A DNA stretch of 64,000 bases, taken from the NCBI GenBank assembly GCA_965247855.1, contig CBDFHZ010000003.1:116914-180913 (forward strand), given 5' to 3'. Source of the stretch: Ferruginibacter sp. Lineage in GTDB: Bacteria; Bacteroidota; Bacteroidia; Chitinophagales; Chitinophagaceae. The translations under genes were made by a program, and so were the position numbers. Below the pieces are notes generated by a model. It was given only the letters and a program-made list of their open reading frames with translations, had not been told where the DNA came from and did not search any database. Shown in pieces: positions 37,916-47,317 of this stretch (position 1 is the stretch's first letter; every line of letters begins with the position of its first letter).

Positions 37916-38488
37916 ATGCAAAAGATCATCCTGGCTTCACAATCGCCGCGCAGAAAAGAATTACTTCATCTTGCAGAAATTCCGTTTGATGTGATCGTGG
38001 CTGATACTGATGAAAGCTATCCCGACGGACTTTCCTTTGAAGAAACCGCCGTGCATATTGCAAAGAATAAAGCATTGGCTGTTGCAGCAAAAAATAATTC
38101 CGGGATGACGATACTTGCGGCAGATACTATAGTAGTTTGCCATCAAAAGATCATCGGCAAACCAAAAGACAGTGCAGATGCGATCAGAATTCTTACCGAA
38201 CTTTCGGGCAACACACACAAAGTAATCACCGGTGTTTTTATCTGCAATGCTGATATGGAATTGTCATTCGCGGATTCAACAACAGTACATTTTCATTCGC
38301 TCTCACAGGAACAGATCGGATACTACGTAAATAAATACAAGCCCTACGATAAAGCAGGAGCCTACGCTATACAGGAATGGATAGGAGCAGTCGGCATCAA
38401 AAAAGTGGAAGGTGATTTTTATAATGTGATGGGATTGCCGATCAGTTTAGTTGTGCAAAATTTGAATGAAGCGTTTCAGGCGGTGTAA
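37916..38488 (+). CDS. maf: Maf-like nucleoside triphosphate pyrophosphatase
   Basis: Start set at the ATG at 37916 (MQKIILASQSPRRKELL), 5 nt after the UbiA stop. Typical Maf motifs (AADTIV, KAGAYAIQ). Confidence 0.92.
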   Translation: MQKIILASQSPRRKELLHLAEIPFDVIVADTDESYPDGLSFEETAVHIAKNKALAVAAKNNSGMTILAADTIVVCHQKIIGKPKDSADAIRILTELSGNTHKVITGVFICNADMELSFADSTTVHFHSLSQEQIGYYVNKYKPYDKAGAYAIQEWIGAVGIKKVEGDFYNVMGLPISLVVQNLNEAFQAV

Positions 38489-38640
38489 ATAACCTGAAGG
38501 ATAAGAGGGGAGACTATATCTTCCCCTGAGGCTGTGTTTTCTGCCGTTCGGCTGAAAACAAACAAAACCTTATGGTTAAATAACCAACCTCAATTTCTTT
38601 TCTTCCGATATTTTTATTGAGTACATAATCCGTACTGAAT

Positions 38641-39903
38641 ATGACAGAACAATTACTCCAATTTATCTGGCGGTATCAATATTTTAATAATGCTGATCTG
38701 AGAACCTCGGCAGGTGAGGCTTTGGAGATCATTAGTGCCGGGCAACACAACAGTAACCAAGGACCGGATTTTTTAAATGCAAAGATCAGGTGCGGCGGAA
38801 CAACACTTGCCGGCAATATTGAAATTCATGTGCATGCTTCAGAATGGCAGGAACATAAGCATAGTGAAGACAGCAATTACGCCAATGTGATCCTGCATGT
38901 TGTTTTATCGGAAGATAAAGAACTGCAACTCAATTTTCCTGTGTTGGAACTGAGCGACCGTATCCCCAAACTGCTGCTTACAAAATATCAACAGCTCATC
39001 AATGCGCAATATTTTGTGGCCTGCGAAGCGCATATAAGAAAAGTGAACGAGCTTGTTTTCTTTGCCTGGAAAGAAAGACTGTTTATCGAAAGACTGCAGG
39101 AAAAGACTGCCTACATTCAAACCGTTCTTCAAAAAAATAATTATCACTGGGAGGAAGTTTTTTGGCAAATGCTCGCAAGAAATTTTGGTATGAAAGTAAA
39201 TGTCGATGCGTTTGAAGCAATGGCGACGACCATCCCGGTAACGATGATCGCTAAACATAAGCCACAGTTATTGCAACTGGAAGCTTTACTGATGGGGCAA
39301 TGCGGGCTTTTGGAAAAAGACTTTGATGATGATTATCCCGTTATGCTGCAGAAAGAATATCGTTTCCTGAAGAAAAAATATTCGTTACCTGAAGTACACA
39401 TACCCGTTCACTTTTTACGAATGCGACCGGCAAATTTTCCTACGCTGCGGCTTTCGCAGCTTGCTGCGTTAATTCATGCAAGCGATCATTTGTTTTCCCG
39501 GATCAGGGACGGCGATGAACTCAAGATTATCGAAAAAATGTTTGACGTTGCCGCGAATGATTACTGGCATTATCATTACAGTTTTGATGAAGCTTCTGCA
39601 TTTAAAAAGAAAACATTGGGCGATCAGATGATCAGGAACATCATTTTAAATACCGTGCTGCCCATGCTGTATGGTTATGGCTGGTATAATAATTTACCGG
39701 GTTATCAGGCGAAGGCATTGCATTGGGCGGCGCACTTGAAAGCGGAGAAAAATAATATCACGGAAGGTTTTGTGAAACTGGGCATCCCAAATAATTCCGC
39801 CGCCGACTCGCAGTCGCTGATCCAATTAAAAAATAAATATTGTAATGAAAAAAGATGTTTGGAATGTGCAATAGGTAATGCTATTCTTAAAGGCAATAGT
39901 TAG
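38641..39903 (+). CDS. DUF2851 family protein
   Basis: 420 aa. The N-terminal LLQFIWRYQYFN..GQHNSNQGPDFLNAKI..IEIHVHASEW pattern and C-terminal C..RCLECAIG are typical of DUF2851 (from memory). Confidence 0.78.
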   Translation: MTEQLLQFIWRYQYFNNADLRTSAGEALEIISAGQHNSNQGPDFLNAKIRCGGTTLAGNIEIHVHASEWQEHKHSEDSNYANVILHVVLSEDKELQLNFPVLELSDRIPKLLLTKYQQLINAQYFVACEAHIRKVNELVFFAWKERLFIERLQEKTAYIQTVLQKNNYHWEEVFWQMLARNFGMKVNVDAFEAMATTIPVTMIAKHKPQLLQLEALLMGQCGLLEKDFDDDYPVMLQKEYRFLKKKYSLPEVHIPVHFLRMRPANFPTLRLSQLAALIHASDHLFSRIRDGDELKIIEKMFDVAANDYWHYHYSFDEASAFKKKTLGDQMIRNIILNTVLPMLYGYGWYNNLPGYQAKALHWAAHLKAEKNNITEGFVKLGIPNNSAADSQSLIQLKNKYCNEKRCLECAIGNAILKGNS

Positions 39904-40135
39904 CAGGAAACCTACGCTGTCCGGTTTCTGCGTGTCGCATGTTTCTCCACTGCCTGCGGTATTTTTTATTTATCACGGCGGGCACAACGAAAGGCACAGC
40001 AGAAGCAGAGAAGCGAACTGAATCCGAAGTGTGCGACGCCACTGCAGTTCCGCGGAGAACTAATGCCGGGACAACAGTAATAACTTAGAAAAATAAGCGG
40101 CTAAAGAGCAATTTAAATTTCACCAAACCGGTGAC

Positions 40136-40540
40136 TCAGGCCCAAGTGTAATCAATTATAACCTCCAGATCCTGGTGCAAACTTTTTGTTACCGGACAAT
40201 TATCACCCGTGCGCTGCAGTACCAACTTATCTTTTTCTTCAAGGTTTAATGCGGGAAATTGTATTGCGACCTCAATTTTCGCCACACGACGCGGTTCAGG
40301 AAGCATATGCTTGGTCACTTTCATGTTTGTTCCGGTAAGATCAATACCCATATCGCCGGCCTTTATGCCCATGGTTGTAACGATACAGGTTGCCAATGAA
40401 ACGCAGAGCAGATCGGTAGGACTGAAACGTTCGCCTTTGCCACGATTGTCAGTAGGGGCGTCGGTTTCAACGATACTGCCGCTTTGTAAATGTGTTGCCT
40501 CGCAGCGAAGGCTGCCTTTATAAATTACTGATGCCGTCAT
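40136..40540 (-). CDS. OsmC family peroxiredoxin-like protein
   Basis: 134 aa. Both conserved Cys contexts are present (PTDLLCVSLATC and DNCPV). Confidence 0.88.
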   Translation of the reverse strand: MTASVIYKGSLRCEATHLQSGSIVETDAPTDNRGKGERFSPTDLLCVSLATCIVTTMGIKAGDMGIDLTGTNMKVTKHMLPEPRRVAKIEVAIQFPALNLEEKDKLVLQRTGDNCPVTKSLHQDLEVIIDYTWA

Positions 40541-40636
40541 TTTATGATATTATTTTGAATGTAAAGGAATTAAATAGCCGTTTGCTGTAGCTTAGCAGGC
40601 TATTTTTACATAAATTTACTCCGATAAAAAGTCTAC

Positions 40637-41422
40637 ATGAAGAAAATATTTTTTTCGCTTCTTATAATATCTGTTTCAGTTTCCGCATTTGCTCAAACCG
40701 GCAAAAAAAGCCGCGAAGAAAAGAAAGATGAGCGACGTGAGCGTATCTCCGCCATTGCAAAGCAGGAGGAAGAAGGGGTGATCACCTACCGCAAAAGTTT
40801 TGTTGCGGGCGCAAAGCTTACAACTGATGGTTATGGAGGGTTTTTAGAGATAGGCAGAGCACAATCAGTGAAGCGTGCTTTGTTGTTTCAACTGGAGATC
40901 ACGGAGCGAAAGCATCCGAAAGAGGAAAAGCAATACAACCAATCCAATAATGCCGGCCCTTACATCTACGGTAAAATAAATTATTTCTATCCCGTAAAAT
41001 TGGGTGTACAGGAACAATTCCTCCTGGGCAATAAAGGCAACAGAAACGGCGTGAGCATAACCGCAAATGTGGGTGGTGGAATCTCTCTTGGTCTGCTTCG
41101 ACCTTATTTATTGGGTTATGACAGTGCGGGATCACAAATATTTCGCGGACTGAAAGACGACAGTGCCCGCTTTTTATTCGACAATCCTATCAGCGGACCA
41201 AATTTCGGAACAGGTTTCAACCAAATGAAAGTGACGCCCGGCGCTTATGCAAAAGCAGGTCTGCGCTTCGATTACGGCAAATACAATGAAATGATCACCG
41301 CTATCGAAGTAGGCGTTACTGCGGAATTTTACAGCAAAAAGATACCGCTTGTAGTGTATACAAAAGATAAAAATTTCTTCTTTGGCGCGTATGTAGCCAT
41401 CATGTTTGGTAAGCGAAAGTAG
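40637..41422 (+). CDS. Secreted/outer-membrane hypothetical protein
   Basis: 261 aa. Signal peptide MKKIFFSLLIISVSVSAFAQ, a charged K/E-rich linker, then G/Y-rich strands compatible with a beta-barrel. Confidence 0.7.
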   Translation: MKKIFFSLLIISVSVSAFAQTGKKSREEKKDERRERISAIAKQEEEGVITYRKSFVAGAKLTTDGYGGFLEIGRAQSVKRALLFQLEITERKHPKEEKQYNQSNNAGPYIYGKINYFYPVKLGVQEQFLLGNKGNRNGVSITANVGGGISLGLLRPYLLGYDSAGSQIFRGLKDDSARFLFDNPISGPNFGTGFNQMKVTPGAYAKAGLRFDYGKYNEMITAIEVGVTAEFYSKKIPLVVYTKDKNFFFGAYVAIMFGKRK

Positions 41423-41512
41423 TTACATGCCTCTGGTTGCTTCAATAAAAACAAACACGCTTTTAGCCGTGTTCATTAACAATATGCATTAAAGCATGTT
41501 CGTGCATCCCCG

Positions 41513-41520
41513 TATCTTTG
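41513..41520 (+). promoter_or_regulatory. Candidate -7 promoter box (TAtcTTTG) for lipA
   Basis: Perfect TAnnTTTG, 22 nt upstream of the ATG at 41543. Confidence 0.45.
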
Positions 41521-41542
41521 CATCATATTTAAGCATTTAGAG

Positions 41543-42463
41543 ATGGAACAAACAGTTGTAACCGGAGAGCAAAAACCTAAAAAGCCCAATTGGCTCAGGG
41601 TAAAGCTTCCGATCGGTGAAGAATATAAGCACGTCAGAAATCTTGTAGATACACATAAGTTGCACACGATTTGTGAGAGCGGTAATTGCCCTAATATGGG
41701 TGAATGCTGGGGTGCGGGAACGGCCACATTTATGATCCTGGGAAATATTTGTACACGCAGCTGCGGTTTTTGTGCCGTTGCTACCGGCAGACCCGATGCA
41801 GTGGACTGGGATGAACCTCAGCGTGTGGCGGAAGCCATCCACCTGATGAAAGTAAAACACGCTGTGATCACTTCAGTAGATCGTGATGAATTGAAAGACG
41901 GCGGCAGTATTATCTGGCAAAATACGATCCGTGCGGTTTACGCTTTGAATCCGGAAACCACATTGGAAACATTAATCCCGGATTTTAAAGCACAGAAAGA
42001 AAATATTCAACGCATTATTGATGCGCATCCTGATGTGGTGAGCCATAATATTGAAACTACAGAACGCCTTACAAAACAGGTTCGTGTTCAGGCTAAATAT
42101 TGGCAAAGCATGGAAACGCTTAAGATCCTGAAAGAAGGAGGCATGCGCACAAAAAGCGGCATTATGCTTGGCCTTGGCGAAGCGAAAGAAGAAGTAGTGC
42201 AAACCCTGAAAGATCTTGCCAACAGCGGCGTTGACGTTGTTACGATCGGCCAGTACCTTCAACCTACAAAAAAGCATTTAGCCGTTGAACGATTTATTCA
42301 TCCTGATGAATTTGCAGAATACCGTGAGATCGGCTATAACCTCGGACTCGATTACGTGGAGAGCGGTCCGCTTGTACGTTCGTCTTACCACAGCGAAAAA
42401 CATGTGATTCCGCAGTGGGGAAGAAACAAGTGGTTGGATGAAAAAGCAAACAAAGCGTTATAA
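41543..42463 (+). CDS. lipA: Lipoyl synthase
   Basis: 306 aa. N-terminal Cys cluster [12 protein letters not shown] and radical-SAM CTRSCGFC. Confidence 0.96.
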   Translation: MEQTVVTGEQKPKKPNWLRVKLPIGEEYKHVRNLVDTHKLHTICESGNCPNMGECWGAGTATFMILGNICTRSCGFCAVATGRPDAVDWDEPQRVAEAIHLMKVKHAVITSVDRDELKDGGSIIWQNTIRAVYALNPETTLETLIPDFKAQKENIQRIIDAHPDVVSHNIETTERLTKQVRVQAKYWQSMETLKILKEGGMRTKSGIMLGLGEAKEEVVQTLKDLANSGVDVVTIGQYLQPTKKHLAVERFIHPDEFAEYREIGYNLGLDYVESGPLVRSSYHSEKHVIPQWGRNKWLDEKANKAL

Positions 42464-42464
42464 T

Positions 42465-42606
42465 TCGGAGCTGTTATGATTTGGAAATTTGGAGATGAGA
42501 CAGCCGTTATTTAACGGAGTACTTTTAAACTTCTATCTTTCAGAAATATAAATTATAGGAAAGTTCATCATTTTCAAATCAATCCCTCTCCAAATCTCCA
42601 AATCAT
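42465..42606. repeat. Intergenic inverted-repeat element, copy C
   Basis: Left arm 42478-42497 gatttggaaatttggagatg. Right arm 42585-42604 tctctccaaatctccaaatc. 17 of 18 positions are complementary, separated by about 90 nt. Confidence 0.8.
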
Positions 42607-42612
42607 TAAACT

Positions 42613-43026
42613 ATGTGGTGGATCTTCGCTCTTCTTTCCGCAATATTCGCGTCTCTCACCGCATTGTTCGCCAAGAAAGGTTTAGCGGGTGTAAATTCTG
42701 ATCTTGCTACAGCCATCCGCACTGTAATCATTCTTTTACTCGCATGGTCCATTGTGTTCTTCAAAGGAAATTTTAAAACAATATACACACTTACCAAACA
42801 GAATTGGATATTTTTGATCCTATCCGGTTTTGCCACAGGCTTATCATGGATCTTCTATTTCCGGGCTTTACAGATCGGTAAATTGGGAGATGTTGCTGTG
42901 GTAGACAAACTCAGCCTTGCACTCACTATCGTGCTCGCATTCGTATTCCTCGGGGAGCCAATGACCTGGAAAACGATCATCGGCGGCGGACTTGTTGTTG
43001 CGGGTTCTTTAGTGCTTGTGCTTTAA
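42613..43026 (+). CDS. Single-EamA-domain (half-size DMT) membrane transporter
   Basis: 137 aa, 4-5 TM helices, with an EamA-like C-terminal pattern (LGEPMTWKTIIGGGLVVAGSLVL). Confidence 0.8.
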   Translation: MWWIFALLSAIFASLTALFAKKGLAGVNSDLATAIRTVIILLLAWSIVFFKGNFKTIYTLTKQNWIFLILSGFATGLSWIFYFRALQIGKLGDVAVVDKLSLALTIVLAFVFLGEPMTWKTIIGGGLVVAGSLVLVL

Positions 43027-43033
43027 AAATGAT

Positions 43034-43216
43034 CTAAACTTTTGGTGAAGATGCTTTCTGCTCGATATACGTATGAGCAGGAGCTGCTGTATGACTGCCG
43101 TTGCAGGTTCCCAATAAATAATAAATGATGACAAATACAAGGATCGTGGATAAGCATCCGCCACCTAATTTTTTTGCGCCGTAGCCGGCAATGATCGTTC
43201 TGAAGAAATTATTCAT
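43034..43216 (-). CDS. Small hypothetical membrane protein
   Basis: 60-aa ORF with one clear TM helix (LSTILVFVIIYYLLG). It fits neatly in the gap between flanking genes. No other support. Confidence 0.4.
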   Translation of the reverse strand: MNNFFRTIIAGYGAKKLGGGCLSTILVFVIIYYLLGTCNGSHTAAPAHTYIEQKASSPKV

Positions 43217-43311
43217 CGTTATGAGTTTTAAGGTTATTATTGCTCAGACAAATATGATACCGTATTTAGCGGGAATTTTTTACATAAGTCGCCTTCAACT
43301 AAAATAAATAC

Positions 43312-43749
43312 ATGAAAGAGCAGCAGTACAGCAACCACAAGATGTATTATATCCCGCATCACCTTATTTTTCTTCCGATGACCTTTATATTTATGTTGCT
43401 GGGCGTGTATAAATATTTTTTTGCGTCACAACCGCAAATCGCCTGGCTGCTCTTCGGCATCAGCTCATTTTGTACGTTGTACCTGGCGTTAATGCTTAGA
43501 CAGCATTATGCTTTAGGCAATCAGAACCGCATCGTAAGATTGGAATTCCGCCTTCGCTATTTTGAGATCACGGGAAAAAGATCAACAGTCATTGAGGATA
43601 AATTATCGTTCGGGCAGATTGCAGCTTTACGCTTTGCATCTGATGATGAATTTGTTCATTTACTTAATAAAGCTATTGAAGGAAATACATCCCCCGACGA
43701 AATAAAAAAAGCTATAAAGCAATGGAATGCAGACCTGATGAGGGTTTAA
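43312..43749 (+). CDS. Hypothetical membrane protein
   Basis: 145 aa. Two N-terminal TM helices and a soluble C-terminal domain. No motif recognised with confidence. Confidence 0.65.
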   Translation: MKEQQYSNHKMYYIPHHLIFLPMTFIFMLLGVYKYFFASQPQIAWLLFGISSFCTLYLALMLRQHYALGNQNRIVRLEFRLRYFEITGKRSTVIEDKLSFGQIAALRFASDDEFVHLLNKAIEGNTSPDEIKKAIKQWNADLMRV

Positions 43750-43750
43750 A

Positions 43751-43797
43751 ATACAAGAGCCCAAAATTATTTCGGGCTCTTGTATACATTTTATTTT
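43751..43797. terminator. Bidirectional hairpin terminator
   Basis: 12-bp stem atacaagagccc/gggctcttgtat followed by acattttatttt. It lies between convergent genes. Confidence 0.8.
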
Positions 43798-43804
43798 GTA
43801 ATGC

Positions 43805-44917
43805 TTACCTGTTGAAAAGAATTTTATTTGGATTTACGCCCGGTGCCACAGAGAAAGAAAATTTCTTTACGCCCGCATTGTTGAAACAGGTAACTGTTCC
43901 TGCCGAAGAAAAATTACCCGCATCTGCAATATATACATCGCCGTTTTGTTCGTCCACGTTGATGCCGTATGGCGAAGTGATTAGCGTTGCATCAGTAATG
44001 AATTCGTTTCTCACAACTGCACCGGTAAGGGTGTTGAATACTTTAGCCGTTCCCACCCCACCGTAGTTGTTGTAGAAATACGCAATGTCTTTTGCGATGC
44101 GAACATTTGAATATTGAAATGCTGCGCCGAGATTAGACCCGGAGATATTTGCGTTCCCGTTAATGACCCAAACAGATGCGGGAATGCTGCCGAAGTTTCC
44201 ATAACTGCTAACGTAAACAAAATTGGCACTGTTCACTTCTACTTTGTATGGATTTACTCCCACTTTAATTTTTTTGATCTCTGCTTCTGTATTCAGGTCA
44301 ACAACCGAAACTGTTGAATCGGGTACAGCATTATAGCCGCCTGAATTTGCAACGTACAGATAATCTGAAGAAGCGGCAATTCCTTCGGGATTTGCCCCTA
44401 CAGTAATGGTTTTTACAATTGATAGCGACGTGGTATCAATTACGCTCACTGTACCATTTGTTGCACTTACATACACTTTTCCTCGGGCAGCCGCAGCATA
44501 GCGCGGCAGCTTATTCACGCCACCGCTCAGAAAGCTGATGTTGGCTATAAAAACAGCATTCGAAGCATTCACTACGGTCACTCTTCCTGAGTTGTTCATC
44601 ACGATATACATTTTACTTCCGTAGATGATCATGTCGTTTCCTACGTCGCCCAAACCTGCCGGGATTGTCGGGTTTTGTTGAACAAAGAAATTACCCGCTA
44701 CTGAGGATGAACTGTTAGTGTAGTAAGCCAGTCTCGTATTATTGCCGCCGAAACCTCCTTCGCTAAGTATATATTCTCCTTTAGCAGGTGCAAGTTGCAC
44801 AGGCGCAGCAGGTGTGGCGACGGTCGTTTCCGGTGTGGTGTAATCTTTCTTACAGGCATTTAATATAAACATTGCTGAAACTAAAGGCAACATTAATTTG
44901 ATAAATTTTTGCTTCAT
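43805..44917 (-). CDS. Surface lipoprotein with YVTN/YncE-type beta-propeller repeats (candidate corrinoid-capture partner of the upstream receptor)
   Basis: 370 aa, lipobox SAMFILNAC. Repeated ~40-aa units (GRVTVVNASNAVFIANI, GTVSVIDTTSLSIVKTITVGANPEGIA, STVSVVDLNTEAEIKKIKVGVNPYKVEV). Starts 9 nt downstream of the riboswitch-controlled receptor gene. Confidence 0.8.
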   Translation of the reverse strand: MKQKFIKLMLPLVSAMFILNACKKDYTTPETTVATPAAPVQLAPAKGEYILSEGGFGGNNTRLAYYTNSSSSVAGNFFVQQNPTIPAGLGDVGNDMIIYGSKMYIVMNNSGRVTVVNASNAVFIANISFLSGGVNKLPRYAAAARGKVYVSATNGTVSVIDTTSLSIVKTITVGANPEGIAASSDYLYVANSGGYNAVPDSTVSVVDLNTEAEIKKIKVGVNPYKVEVNSANFVYVSSYGNFGSIPASVWVINGNANISGSNLGAAFQYSNVRIAKDIAYFYNNYGGVGTAKVFNTLTGAVVRNEFITDATLITSPYGINVDEQNGDVYIADAGNFSSAGTVTCFNNAGVKKFSFSVAPGVNPNKILFNR

Positions 44918-44926
44918 GTTTGTTAT

Positions 44927-46999
44927 TTAAGTTTTATGTTTTTTAAAAGATGCGGTGACGCCTATCCTGAAATTTGAACGCGGCATCGGGTAAAATTTTA
45001 TGATCTCATATTGAGCGTTGAATATATTATTTGCTTCAGCAATGATGCGATACTCCGTAATTTTTTGCTGAGGTAATGTTACACTCAGGGATACATCTGC
45101 TGTAACCCAGCCGCCAACCAGGTTTACAGGGTCAACGTCACCGGTACGATAGCGGGATGATGTCATCAGTACATTGTAGCTAAGCACGGCTTTTCTATAA
45201 GCCACACTAAAATTTCCCGCTCCGGAATGTTTTGGAGTATAGGGGATCTGATTGCCGAAAAAAGGCGAAGTTTTTTTCGATCTGTCGATAGCTTCCTGAA
45301 AACTATAAGCTATATCAGCAGAAAAGTGTAGTTCATTCAGCGCCTTTGCCACAGCATGAAGGGCAACGTCAATTCCTTTTATTTTCACCGTACCAACGTT
45401 TTGCATCGACCATTGAAAAAGGTTTAACCGTGGTACTGCAAGGATCTTATCCTTAACGTTATTGACATATCCGTCTGCGGTGAGGACAAGTTTATTTATA
45501 AATGAAAAAGGTTTTGTATTAAGCGTAACACCTGCGTTAAATTGATCCGCATATTCCGGTCGGAGGTTTACATTTCCGATGTTCGTATAATACAGATCAT
45601 TGAAAGTAGGTGCACGGAAGATCTTTTTGTAAAACGCCCTGAAACGCACTGCATCCTCTTTAAAAGGCGCAACTGAAAATGCTGCTGCCGGCGTAAACTC
45701 ATGAAGATCTCTGCCTCCTGTGCCCTTATCCACTTTCTCGTTGATCACGCTGTAAAGCAAGTTTGCTGTGGCTTCTGTGCGTTCGTTCTTAAATTGAACG
45801 GCAATATTATTCAGGAATGTATTGCGATCGGGTTTTGCAAAACCTTCCGCAAGAAAATCCGTTCTTTTCAATTTGCTGTTGAAATAATCAAAAGAATACG
45901 AAGCGTATAACTTATCGCAGATCTCATATTTATAAGCCGTGGAAATATAAAACTCCTGCTGATGAAAATCATTTTCGAGTTTGCCGAAGCTATTCGGATA
46001 GGCGGGATCAAGATAAAACGAATTATCCTTCGTGAATTTTACACTCAGCAACAAACAGCTTTTCTTTGACAGGCTATTTTGCCAATTACTTTGTAAGAAT
46101 AAGTTTTCATCGTTCAGTCGCTGGTTGTTACTGTTATTACCGGCTACAAATCCTCCCGGTAAACCTCTTTTAGAATTGTAGTAATAAGTTTTGAAAAGGA
46201 TCTTATTGGAATCGTTGATCCGATACCCCGCATCATATTCAAGTCGGTAACCCTTGATATCAGTGTTGTTGCGCTTTTCGATAACAGACCTGTTTTCATA
46301 GGAGATAAAAGGATATCTGCCGTTTGCCTGCTGATAAGATCCGCTGAAGCCGGTAAAAAAATGCTTGCCGATAAAAGTACGCACCAGCAAAGAAGGAGAT
46401 ACGTAACCGAATGAGCCCACTCTCAAACCGATCCCAATTTCCTGTTCGCCCTTGTGTTGCAAATTTGCCGAGATGGTATTTACAGCGATCAACGCTCCTG
46501 ATGCAAAAGCCCTTGCAGGCGACAGTATTTCTTCCGGACCCGCATTGAATAATTGAAGTTTCCGCACGTTATCGAGCGAATATTTTCCCAGATCAACCTG
46601 GCCACCCTGAGCATCACCCAATAATAATCCGTCGTACTGAACACCGGTATGATTGGCGCCCAAACTGCGTATTGACACGGTTTTCAATCCGCCGATACCG
46701 CCGTAATCTTTTACATTAACGCCCGCAAAATATTTGACCGCATCTGCTATCGATACACTGTTTATCTTATCAAGATCAGTTTTATTCAATACCTGAACAG
46801 GAACCGCGGTAGCAGCAACGTTCAATTCTTTTTTAGCGATCACTTTTACCGACGCAAGTGTATCGTGTCGTTGAGCAGCAGCCGGAAGGCTGATCAGTGA
46901 AAAAAGAAAAAATAAAAAGTATGTGTTGTTTTTTTTCAAGCTGTTTTTTATAACAGCTTCCGCATGAAGTAGTATATGCAAATGCAGCAGCGATCGCAT
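44927..46999 (-). CDS. btuB: TonB-dependent receptor, BtuB-like (cobalamin riboswitch controlled)
   Basis: 690 aa from the ATG at 46999. An alternative TTG at 46939 gives a canonical signal peptide (KKNNTYFLFFLFSLISLPAAAQ). It has a plug domain (GGIGGLKTVSIRSLGANHTGVQYDG) and a 22-strand-type barrel ending RIGVTASFKKHKT. The cobalamin riboswitch lies directly upstream. Confidence 0.85.
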   Translation of the reverse strand: MRSLLHLHILLHAEAVIKNSLKKNNTYFLFFLFSLISLPAAAQRHDTLASVKVIAKKELNVAATAVPVQVLNKTDLDKINSVSIADAVKYFAGVNVKDYGGIGGLKTVSIRSLGANHTGVQYDGLLLGDAQGGQVDLGKYSLDNVRKLQLFNAGPEEILSPARAFASGALIAVNTISANLQHKGEQEIGIGLRVGSFGYVSPSLLVRTFIGKHFFTGFSGSYQQANGRYPFISYENRSVIEKRNNTDIKGYRLEYDAGYRINDSNKILFKTYYYNSKRGLPGGFVAGNNSNNQRLNDENLFLQSNWQNSLSKKSCLLLSVKFTKDNSFYLDPAYPNSFGKLENDFHQQEFYISTAYKYEICDKLYASYSFDYFNSKLKRTDFLAEGFAKPDRNTFLNNIAVQFKNERTEATANLLYSVINEKVDKGTGGRDLHEFTPAAAFSVAPFKEDAVRFRAFYKKIFRAPTFNDLYYTNIGNVNLRPEYADQFNAGVTLNTKPFSFINKLVLTADGYVNNVKDKILAVPRLNLFQWSMQNVGTVKIKGIDVALHAVAKALNELHFSADIAYSFQEAIDRSKKTSPFFGNQIPYTPKHSGAGNFSVAYRKAVLSYNVLMTSSRYRTGDVDPVNLVGGWVTADVSLSVTLPQQKITEYRIIAEANNIFNAQYEIIKFYPMPRSNFRIGVTASFKKHKT

Positions 47000-47035
47000 C
47001 TACAGCCTTTCACCCGAAAGCTTCGAATTGTGTGT

Positions 47036-47185
47036 GAATCCGGCAGGTCTTCTGGCTTACCGCATGTTTTGCAACCTTCCCGTTTTAGCAACAGTGGTAT
47101 AAATGCAGAACATCATTAGCGGTTTACAGCTACGGGGATAGCTCCTGAATTGAACAGGATTCCCTTTTAATCGCCGGTATTGAGC
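47036..47185 (-). promoter_or_regulatory. Cobalamin (B12) riboswitch
   Basis: The minus strand reads ccggcgattAAAAGGGAAtcctgttcaattcaggaGCtatCCCCGtaGCTGTAAaccgc..ataCCACTGttgctaaaacGGGAAGGttgc..ggtAAGCCAGAAGACCTGCCgg. The conserved core blocks and the B12 box of the class are all present in the right order, and ccggc/gccgg close the aptamer. Confidence 0.9.
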
Positions 47186-47261
47186 CCGGCAAACCGTATT
47201 CTGCGCAAATGTAAGGATTAAATGTTTACAGGGATATTTTACCACAATCGGGGGAATCAGG

Positions 47262-47288
47262 CAAAAACAAAGGCAGGCGTCTGCCTGT
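47262..47288 (-). terminator. Rho-independent terminator of the small upstream gene
   Basis: On the minus strand, stem aggcag/ctgcct with loop acgc, followed by ttgtttttg. Confidence 0.65.
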
Positions 47289-47317
47289 TGCTTTTAATAT
47301 CCGGAGAAAAGATCTTA

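Noticed and set aside
43722-44066. 114-aa plus-strand ORF.
   Set aside because: It spans a terminator hairpin and then runs antisense to the beta-propeller lipoprotein gene.
47057-47245. 62-aa minus-strand ORF.
   Set aside because: It coincides with the cobalamin riboswitch aptamer, and the RNA structure explains the sequence.
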